Shown: piece after piece, positions 25,132-31,752 of the stretch
Layout: every line of letters begins with the position of its first letter
Position numbering within the stretch: position 1 is the first letter of the stretch
Virus record (IMG/VR): IMGVR_UViG_3300020042_001016
Location: 1 to 31,752 of that record
DNA: 31,752 nt
From: a virus
Lineage: Duplodnaviria > Caudoviricetes
Strand: one strand, 5' to 3'
Notes under the pieces: model-generated
What the model was told of the DNA's origin: nothing
What the model saw: the letters and a program-made list of their open reading frames with translations, nothing else
The model's database searches: none
Program-made: the position numbers and the translations under genes

Positions 25132-26046
25132 TTAGACGCCGGGTGTGCCGTACATCGCACGAGGATCGGTGAAACCAACTTGGTAACGCTCTGTCGCTTT
25201 GTAGCGCATAGAGTCAGTCTCAAAGTCGCCTTCCATCGTCTTCTCCAGCTTACGACGCATCAAAAGCTTCATGCCTTCGGGAGCGTCGGTCTGAACCCAC
25301 CATGCGCTTGCATTGGTCAAACGAGACAACACAGCCGCACCTTCGTCCAACAGACCGATGGATTTGACAGGGTTGATGTCGTTGTTTGCGTTGCCTGAGC
25401 GCAGAACGGATTTCAACAAAACTTCGGCTTGGAAGACGTTGCCGGGAGCCACTACAAGTTGACGTGGAACCAAACGAATCTTCTTGCCGTTGTTGTCCAC
25501 AGCTTGGCGAATTTGAATCAACATCTGTTCGAGAGATGTTTGGCTCAAGTTGGCGGCAGTGGTCAACAGGTTGCTGAAAGTACCATTCACGATGGGGTGT
25601 GAGGCGGAGTTCAGCTGAACGCCATCACCACCGGGGTACGAACTATTGAAAGCACGATTCAACACGTTTGCTGACAAAGTTTCTTTGGTTTCAATCAAAG
25701 ACTGTGCCAAGTGACGTGCATAAACCTGACCAATACGAATATGGTCGCCATCTTCAACCAACACTTTGGTCAATGCGAAGGCGAGGCCATACACGTTGTA
25801 CACATAGCGTTGTAAGAAGAGAACACCACCTTGTTGGTAGCTGACAGGAGTACCGTCAGGCAACTGGGGTGCGGCTCCAAATCCATAAAGGACTGGTTCT
25901 TCGTGGTAGTTACGGGGGATACCTTCTTGTTCACGAAAAACTCGTGACCATTCGTCGGTTCGTTGATCGTAGACGCCATCGAAACATTCATTCAAGATTG
26001 GTTCGACGATGCTACGAAAGTCGGTACTTCGCATTGGAGCGGCCAT
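25132..26046 (-). CDS. Major capsid protein (HK97 fold, Mu gpT-like family), 304 aa
   Basis: GFG.AP...DG....Y, YGLAF..T....ED, GGDGV.L.S..HP, P..LVV.P, GDFET...RYKA.ERY..GF.DPR..YG.PG. Strong AAGGAGG RBS. Confidence 0.9.
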   Translation of the reverse strand: MAAPMRSTDFRSIVEPILNECFDGVYDQRTDEWSRVFREQEGIPRNYHEEPVLYGFGAAPQLPDGTPVSYQQGGVLFLQRYVYNVYGLAFALTKVLVEDGDHIRIGQVYARHLAQSLIETKETLSANVLNRAFNSSYPGGDGVQLNSASHPIVNGTFSNLLTTAANLSQTSLEQMLIQIRQAVDNNGKKIRLVPRQLVVAPGNVFQAEVLLKSVLRSGNANNDINPVKSIGLLDEGAAVLSRLTNASAWWVQTDAPEGMKLLMRRKLEKTMEGDFETDSMRYKATERYQVGFTDPRAMYGTPGV

Positions 26047-26059
26047 GGTCTACTCCTCC

Positions 26060-26662
26060 TTAGATTGCTGTGCCTGCCGCACCAGCGAACTGGTACTCGG
26101 CGATGGTTGCACGAACGATGACATAGTCATCACCCCAAGCGTTGTCGGCATAGGGGCCTATGTCAACGATACGCATTTGGGCGCTATTTCCTGATCCAGC
26201 CAAAGTGGTGGACAAAGTGGCTTGGGACAAACCAGTGGTGGTAGAACCAGCCGTGGTGTTGCTCAAGTCAGCTTCGTCGCCAATAGAGGTTTGTGCAATA
26301 GTGCCATCAGTTTGAATTTCATACACGATGTTGGGATCGGAGTAGAAATACGCAACGACAGAACCAACGAGGAAAGACTCGTTTGCAGGCCAAGTGTTTG
26401 AAACACGGCGACGACCAGTGGAGTCAGTCCATTCGACGCCTGAGAAGGCTCCGAGGAATGCGTCACCAGCGGCGGCAACCACGATGTAACCACCAGTGTT
26501 CATCTTGACGGGCTGACCCTTCAGGATGGTAGTGGCGTAGCCAGCGGAGACGTTACCGCTGGTAGATACTGCTTGAATGCCGTTGGCAAGCGCTTGAGCA
26601 CGATCCAGACCTGATGGGTGGAAAGCGGGACGCAAGCCAAACGGAGCGTTAGTTGAAGACAT
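26060..26662 (-). CDS. Putative capsid cement/decoration protein, 200 aa
   Basis: APFGLRP N-terminus, I.KGQPV, G.F.GVE.TD and DPNIVYEIQ.DG. Immediately upstream of the MCP, AAGGAGG RBS. Confidence 0.7.
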   Translation of the reverse strand: MSSTNAPFGLRPAFHPSGLDRAQALANGIQAVSTSGNVSAGYATTILKGQPVKMNTGGYIVVAAAGDAFLGAFSGVEWTDSTGRRRVSNTWPANESFLVGSVVAYFYSDPNIVYEIQTDGTIAQTSIGDEADLSNTTAGSTTTGLSQATLSTTLAGSGNSAQMRIVDIGPYADNAWGDDYVIVRATIAEYQFAGAAGTAI

Positions 26663-26695
26663 AGTCTTCCTCCTTTTTTGGTTGTCCTGCCCGTA

Positions 26696-27238
26696 TTAAA
26701 AGACGGGCGTACGGACGGATTGGTCAAATTGTCCGAATCCTTCACCTTCAACCTGTCCAAGCGCTTTGCCTGAACTGTCACGATTACCTTGAAGCTGTTC
26801 GATTTGGACTTTGATTTTGTCCGCTTCGTCCATTGGTGCTTCATGATGCATCTGCAACATAATGTCTTGGTAAACGTCCTCAGGAAGTTTGCACAAGATC
26901 ATTTCATTGCATGCGACAAATCCAACATGTTCGCCAGCTTTTACACGGTAATTGTCAAACCCGGGGAACTCTTCTGCTTTCACAGGCACGTACCCAAGTC
27001 GAATCCGTTTATCCAAACTGTCGTAACTATTGGTGGTTGATAACCAGCAAAGATGCCACCCTTTAATTGCAGGTAGCTTCGGCAGGGCGCTTTGTGTCCA
27101 CTCATCACTCCACATCTTGCGACGTTCCTGTGCTGAGACGAACTTCTCATCGACAGAGGCACGAGGCAGATCTTGCGAAGATCTATTTTCCCGACCACCA
27201 GCGTTGAGAGATTTTTTGAGACGAGATTCTGTTGCCAT
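26696..27238 (-). CDS. Head-module protein of unknown function, 180 aa
   Basis: P...GWHL.W.S..R.RLGY.PVKAEE..M.L.K.P pattern, between scaffold and cement genes. AGGAG RBS. Confidence 0.75.
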   Translation of the reverse strand: MATESRLKKSLNAGGRENRSSQDLPRASVDEKFVSAQERRKMWSDEWTQSALPKLPAIKGWHLCWLSTTNSYDSLDKRIRLGYVPVKAEEFPGFDNYRVKAGEHVGFVACNEMILCKLPEDVYQDIMLQMHHEAPMDEADKIKVQIEQLQGNRDSSGKALGQVEGEGFGQFDQSVRTPVF

Positions 27239-27240
27239 AA

Positions 27241-28215
27241 TTAACTCCTATATCCTTGGTTTTGTCGTGCTTCGAGTGCGTAGCGTTTAATCATCTTGTT
27301 GCGCTTTTCTGAGTTATCCCAGAAACCCGCATCCTTCATGGCACGTACTTGCTCTGGTGACAGAGTAAAAGTATTTTTTGCACCACTACCGTTGATGTTT
27401 TCACGCCCAGAACTTGTCACAACGCTCCTTGGTCTACGAGTCGATCTCTCGTCATTTCCTTCAGTATAACGGTGGGGAGCACGTTTAGCAACACGTCGAT
27501 CAAGCTCTTCCCAATATTCTTCGGTGCTTGGGTTCCAACCTTCTTTAACAAGCTTCTGATCGATCACTTTTGCAATTTGGCTGTCCTCGTCATCCCCATT
27601 TGGGTCATACCACGAGTTGCGATCCATCCACTTGGCGGCATGGCGTTGCATCTCACGATTGTCCTCAATGGGTTGGTTTTGGGTAGTTCGAGCCGCCTGC
27701 TCCTTGAGCGCACGAATGGACTCAATCTCTCGACGTGTCTCGTACCACATGTCCTGCGCCTTGCCAAACGCATCACCATCGCTGGCGCTTGTAGCCTCAG
27801 ACATCTTCATCTTGGCGTACTGCAAGCGAAGTTCTTTGTCCTCCAAAGCCTTGTCAATACGAGCCAAATCAGCGGAATGGGTCTTGCGCTCTAACACAGA
27901 CAAGCGTTCTACAAGCTCTTGACGCTCACGTCGTAAGCTGTTTAACAACATGTCCTTTTCGACATTGGTTTGCTTAATGTATTCCTTCTTGGCACGTCGA
28001 CGATTGCGTCGAGCGGCTCGAATAGCCTCCGTGTCATCAGGATGATCCTCGTCGTCACCAGCTTCTCCGCCAGCGGCTTGGGATGTCTCAGCCCTTGTAT
28101 CTCCATCATCAGAGTCGTCAGGGGCAAGGTGATCAGGTAAGTCAACTATGACTGACCCATCTTTTTCTTCGGAGACCTTGATGTCATCCAGTTTTTCTTG
28201 TGTTTCCGTACTCAT
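27241..28215 (-). CDS. Putative capsid scaffolding protein, 324 aa
   Basis: Acidic N-terminus, long coiled coil, W..RN.WY..YWEELD.R and a basic C-terminus with L..EQV. Lies between portal and MCP. Confidence 0.75.
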   Translation of the reverse strand: MSTETQEKLDDIKVSEEKDGSVIVDLPDHLAPDDSDDGDTRAETSQAAGGEAGDDEDHPDDTEAIRAARRNRRRAKKEYIKQTNVEKDMLLNSLRRERQELVERLSVLERKTHSADLARIDKALEDKELRLQYAKMKMSEATSASDGDAFGKAQDMWYETRREIESIRALKEQAARTTQNQPIEDNREMQRHAAKWMDRNSWYDPNGDDEDSQIAKVIDQKLVKEGWNPSTEEYWEELDRRVAKRAPHRYTEGNDERSTRRPRSVVTSSGRENINGSGAKNTFTLSPEQVRAMKDAGFWDNSEKRNKMIKRYALEARQNQGYRS

Positions 28216-28655
28216 AAGAAGGCTTTCATGGCTAATGGGTTACCAGTCACGGTGGCAATGATTTCATGGTCGTTTAGAACCATAAACAATGCTGGGTCTT
28301 CAAAGTCGTCCTCATTTGGAACTTTGACTTCCCATCGATCTCCGCCCCACTTGGGTACACGTATGTAGTCGCCAACTGAACACCAAGAGCCCTCAGGCCA
28401 TGACGCCATAGTGTCTCGATTCTTGAAGGCGAGGGGGCCGATCATCAGCACCTTTGCAACCATGTTGTTCCACTTTTCGGTCTCTTTAGTTTCTTCAACC
28501 AAGATGATCCCTGCGCTTGTTGCCTTCTTCTTTGTTCGACGTAACTGCACCAAAATGCGTCCGCCAAGAGGTCTTGCACCCGGGTCTACGACTGGAAAAG
28601 CCCAATCCACTTCAGCTTGGTCAAAAGCTTCGGGTTCATTCATTTTCATCTTCAT
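28212..28655 (-). CDS. groES: Phage co-chaperonin GroES-like (start may be 28649 or 28643)
   Basis: PLGGRILV, TSAGIILVE mobile loop, V..IGP.A, VGD.I...K.GG and LND.EI.A.V. Confidence 0.9.
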   Translation of the reverse strand: MKMKMNEPEAFDQAEVDWAFPVVDPGARPLGGRILVQLRRTKKKATSAGIILVEETKETEKWNNMVAKVLMIGPLAFKNRDTMASWPEGSWCSVGDYIRVPKWGGDRWEVKVPNEDDFEDPALFMVLNDHEIIATVTGNPLAMKAFL

Positions 28656-28821
28656 CCTTTAATAGTTTGTTTAAGATGTCCATGGATTCTTGTAATCCAT
28701 AAAAGTTGCCAACCATGCGTTGATATATCTCCCATGTGCTAGCGTTTCCGCTTGCGAGTGAGGTAGCTATTTCAGCCTGCCGAGACTTCAACGCACCGAT
28801 TAAATCTCCTACCGTGTTCAT
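28636..28821 (-). CDS. Small hypothetical helical protein, 61 aa
   Basis: L..G....WE.Y...VG...GL pattern. Abuts the upstream TAA and overlaps the groES start. Confidence 0.8.
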   Translation of the reverse strand: MNTVGDLIGALKSRQAEIATSLASGNASTWEIYQRMVGNFYGLQESMDILNKLLKDEDENE

Positions 28822-28977
28822 TTATTTTTTCTTTGCCTGTGCCAATCCTCCTTGTTTTGGTTTTTGATTGTTGCCCCCTTTAGGTTGCATGCTCGTGCCA
28901 TCTAGCTTCTCGCCCATAGCGATGCGCTTGTGTTGGGGAACGAGTTCGCTCTTTTGCTCTTGATCACTGGTAGCCAT
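28822..28977 (-). CDS. Small basic protein, 51 aa
   Basis: Not in the ORF track: MATSDQEQKSELVPQHKRIAMGEKLDGTSMQPKGGNNQKPKQGGLAQAKKK. AAGGA RBS. Fills the portal-to-28821 gap exactly. Confidence 0.8.
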   Translation of the reverse strand: MATSDQEQKSELVPQHKRIAMGEKLDGTSMQPKGGNNQKPKQGGLAQAKKK

Positions 28978-31480
28978 TTTGGTTTCCTTGGTTAGTTAAA
29001 GTAAGTGCAGTCTTCATCTGCTCGTTTTGCAATTTTGCCGTGTCACGGGTCAATCTTGCAGATTCGATCTTTTCTTTGGTTTCGTTGTCGCCTTGTGCAA
29101 TAGCCATCTTTAACTGATTGTCTTCTTGGGCTATTGCCATTGCATCTTGTTGCTTCTTCATAGCCAATTGGACGTCTGCTTGATCCTTAGCGGCACGACG
29201 TTGGGTTTCTGCCATGCTGGTATCCATCAAAACCTTAGCCTCTGGCGTCAAAGGCGCTGTAGGTTGCATCTGCTGAAGTTGCTGTTGCATCTGTTGGATG
29301 ATCGGCAGGATGCCTTGGAACACAGTTTGCGTATCCAAGTTAACGTGTTGAGAAGCCACGGCAAAGAGCTTGTCGATCTTAGAGGTGAACTCCTCGTCGT
29401 CGTATTCCTCGATAGGACGCCCCATAGCCTTGGTTACGTAGCCGTTTGTGCGATTTAGATACCAAAGGGTCAAGTGTTGCTTTAAGTGCTCCATGACCTG
29501 CGGAATGAAGGCAGGAGCCATCAATGGGTTTGCACCCAACACTGGGTCTTTGGCAAAGTCCAAGTGGGACTGTATGTGCGCCAAATGGTCTTGGTCGATG
29601 TAGGCAAATGCCGCTTGACCAATAGCCATAGCCACGTTCTCGTTGGCAGGGTCACGTTTCTCAGGATCTGGCACGTTTTTCATCAACTCATTCACAGCAG
29701 GTATCTTGATTTGCTTCAAGAACCGCTCAATTACGGCTTTTCTGTTAAACAAATCAGGATTCTTGTCCATCACCTGCATAACAGCTTGAATCTGCGCCAT
29801 GCGCTGTGTTTCAGAGAAGATATGTGGGTCAGAAACAGGTACAACGTCGGTATTTCTGCGGAAATCCTCTTTGGTGATCTCCAAATCCTCGACTATGTCG
29901 CCCTTTTTCTGGTCATCCAAGTACCAACGATTCAATCTACCCAAAATTTTCAGCAAACGACTTTGACTGTCGTGCAAACGAGCGTGAACGGCGGCAAATA
30001 CAGCCGCACCCTGCTCGATAAGCGCTTGAGTCGTGCCTACAGGGGCTTGGGCGTTGACGTCAGCGATCTTTTCCTCAGCGGTGGTGATGACGCCCTTGGC
30101 AGACTTCTCCAAGAAGCCCATCAATTGGAAGAGGACTGGGCTTGGGGGGTTGAAGGGCATGGGCATGGCGATCTTTTTGATGTCATCGATGCCCGGCGCT
30201 CCCTCGATCTCCACCACCTGCGTCACCTCAATCTGCTGTGACTGTCCAGAGATACGTGCGCCCTTGATCTTCAGCATGGTTGCGCTGTTGTTGATGTGCG
30301 CCGAGTCCAACAAAGCCCTAAGAGAGCCTGTCAAAGCGGCGGCAAGCCCACCAATGAGGTGCGGCAAGCCCACAGCATAGGCTCCACGCCATGGAATGAA
30401 CTTGAACTCCACCATCCAATCCAACTTGGTCATGGTGTCATCGCCCTCTTCCCAATTGCGATACAAGCCAATGACCCTACTCTCCAAATCGTCCACCATC
30501 ATGATGTATGGAGCCATCTCACCCTTGGATCGAGTGTCGTCCTCAAGCTCTAACCATGTGTAGATATGGTAGACACGACGAATACCGTCTTCGTTGTCTT
30601 CGTACTTCTTGCCTTCAATCTTATTTGAAGCCTTCTCTGACTTGCTTTCCTCAGGTTCCATTGACGCACGTATGTAACTGGTGTCGATGTACAAGCCAGA
30701 AGCAATACGACGCTTAAATTCCCAATCAGTAATGTCCTGAACTTCGGTCACACGTTGGCTGGTGTAGAAGTTTGCGGCTGAAAATGGCAACAAAATGTTG
30801 TCAATGGGGACAAATTCGGCACAAGGACGACGTTTTTGCTCGTCATACCAAAGCTTCATGAACTGTGAGCCACCCAAAGGTAGCTGAGTCAGCAGTTGTT
30901 CTTGCTCGTCACGGAACTCTTCGATCTGCTCCGTTAACTGCCAGTTCATGTAGTCACGTTTGCGCTCGGCAATAGCCATCTTTTCTTTGTCGACAGTGCC
31001 TAGGATCTTGGTTCGAGTAGGCCCATCAGGTGGGAAAAGCTCTTTGATGGCACGAGCGGCAAAGTCTACGCAGGCTTCAGCCATGACGGGGTGGACGACC
31101 TTGCTAGCGCCCATGAAGTTAGCACCTCCCGGCGCATCATGCCCCATCCCCGTACGTCTAATGCCCTCTTCGTACTGCTTGTCCCGTTGTTCACGAGCAG
31201 ACTTGTCCTTCTCCAACAAGCCAATGTATCGCATAGCGATGCCATCCAAGTCGAATTCGCTTATGTCTTCATCTGCAAGGTTGGCGTAGAAGTCTTCATC
31301 CTCGTCAGGGCCTTTGTAGTTGTCCATCTTGACCACAGCAGAGCCATCAGGAAGCTCCTCAATCTCTGAGTCATCAAGCTCCAACGGCACATCAACGCTA
31401 CCGTCTTCGTTTTCGGTCATGGACTCCATGCCTTCTATGTTGCGATCCGCTTCTGGGTCAATCGGCATTTGTGTAGCCAT
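28964..31480 (-). CDS. Portal protein (podovirus type), 838 aa
   Basis: Acidic N-terminus, GAS.VVHP.MAEACV.F.ARA..EL.P..GP, YMN.QL, LPL.GS.F.K, PVGTT.AL.E.G and a C-terminal Gln-rich barrel coiled coil. Heads the head module. Confidence 0.9.
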   Translation of the reverse strand: MATQMPIDPEADRNIEGMESMTENEDGSVDVPLELDDSEIEELPDGSAVVKMDNYKGPDEDEDFYANLADEDISEFDLDGIAMRYIGLLEKDKSAREQRDKQYEEGIRRTGMGHDAPGGANFMGASKVVHPVMAEACVDFAARAIKELFPPDGPTRTKILGTVDKEKMAIAERKRDYMNWQLTEQIEEFRDEQEQLLTQLPLGGSQFMKLWYDEQKRRPCAEFVPIDNILLPFSAANFYTSQRVTEVQDITDWEFKRRIASGLYIDTSYIRASMEPEESKSEKASNKIEGKKYEDNEDGIRRVYHIYTWLELEDDTRSKGEMAPYIMMVDDLESRVIGLYRNWEEGDDTMTKLDWMVEFKFIPWRGAYAVGLPHLIGGLAAALTGSLRALLDSAHINNSATMLKIKGARISGQSQQIEVTQVVEIEGAPGIDDIKKIAMPMPFNPPSPVLFQLMGFLEKSAKGVITTAEEKIADVNAQAPVGTTQALIEQGAAVFAAVHARLHDSQSRLLKILGRLNRWYLDDQKKGDIVEDLEITKEDFRRNTDVVPVSDPHIFSETQRMAQIQAVMQVMDKNPDLFNRKAVIERFLKQIKIPAVNELMKNVPDPEKRDPANENVAMAIGQAAFAYIDQDHLAHIQSHLDFAKDPVLGANPLMAPAFIPQVMEHLKQHLTLWYLNRTNGYVTKAMGRPIEEYDDEEFTSKIDKLFAVASQHVNLDTQTVFQGILPIIQQMQQQLQQMQPTAPLTPEAKVLMDTSMAETQRRAAKDQADVQLAMKKQQDAMAIAQEDNQLKMAIAQGDNETKEKIESARLTRDTAKLQNEQMKTALTLTNQGNQNGYQ

Positions 31481-31482
31481 AG

Positions 31483-31752
31483 TTATTTCCTTTTAACTTT
31501 TATCAAGCCACCCTTGCGCTTGGTCAAATCTGTTCTTTTATCGTTTAGTTCCATAAACATGGTGTCAGAGTTTTGAGCAACATGCACCTTACCACCATGC
31601 TTGAAGGGTGTGCTTTGCACAATAGGTGCAGGCTCTTCCTCTTGCACAGGCTGAGGCATCTCGAATTCTGCACCAGCGGCTCCAGTTCCAAGGGGTACGC
31701 CAATCTGTTGGTACAGGGGCATGCCTTGCTTTACCTCTTCACGCATCTCAGG
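31483..31752 (-). CDS. C-terminal end of a probably larger protein (frame open to the right edge)
   Basis: Frame reads CCT GAG ATG from the edge (PEMREEVKQGMPLY). Ends with FKHGGKV and KRKGGLI motifs. Stop lies 2 nt before the portal ATG. Confidence 0.75.
   Translation of the reverse strand, partial: PEMREEVKQGMPLYQQIGVPLGTGAAGAEFEMPQPVQEEEPAPIVQSTPFKHGGKVHVAQNSDTMFMELNDKRTDLTKRKGGLIKVKRK

Noticed and set aside
25087-25140. Programmed frameshift or read-through extending the MCP
   Set aside because: No slippery heptamer at the MCP end (GGC GTC TAA), and the next gene has its own strong RBS.
26521-26844. 107-aa minus-strand ORF bridging the 180-aa and cement genes
   Set aside because: Out of frame with two well-supported genes, and no slippery site was found to make it a frameshift product.
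61-31369. Numerous plus-strand ORFs (e.g. 29486-30241, 251 aa; 27472-27894; 23973-24386)
   Set aside because: All are antisense shadows of well-supported minus-strand genes, with no recognisable motifs and no room in the coupled operon.
1-31752. Stop-codon reassignment
   Set aside because: TAA, TGA and TAG all end genes at sensible boundaries, and coding density is near complete under code 11.

Overview
The window is a 31.8-kb segment of a tailed dsDNA phage with podovirus-like architecture. Every supportable gene is on the minus strand in one dense late operon with frequent TAATG/TGATG coupling. In transcription order (right to left) it holds: the C-terminus of a large upstream protein, portal, two small ORFs, a GroES-like co-chaperonin, scaffold, a conserved head protein, a cement protein, the major capsid protein, a second head protein, a cluster of basic proteins, a head-tail adaptor with a discoidin-like insert, and a Cys4 protein. 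Next come five tail-fibre/RBP genes (the last three paired with small partner genes), a lysis cassette (three membrane proteins, a GTA-type 3TM holin, an M15 endolysin), a second adaptor, a proximal fibre, a nozzle, and four internal/ejection proteins, the last with an SLT domain. Family assignments come from motif recall, not database searches. The main unexplained signals are: (1) a hydrophobic-[A/K]-x-G-G motif, repeated about 15 times in one basic protein and shared by several unrelated virion-module proteins, which may be a common packaging or cleavage tag; (2) a related short module at both ends of the giant ejection protein; (3) a 13-bp DNA element conserved at synonymous positions at all four module junctions of one fibre gene; (4) a lysis-region gene with no canonical start that begins ATT in frame directly after the upstream TAA. 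No rRNA, tRNA, CRISPR, integrase or reverse transcriptase was seen.
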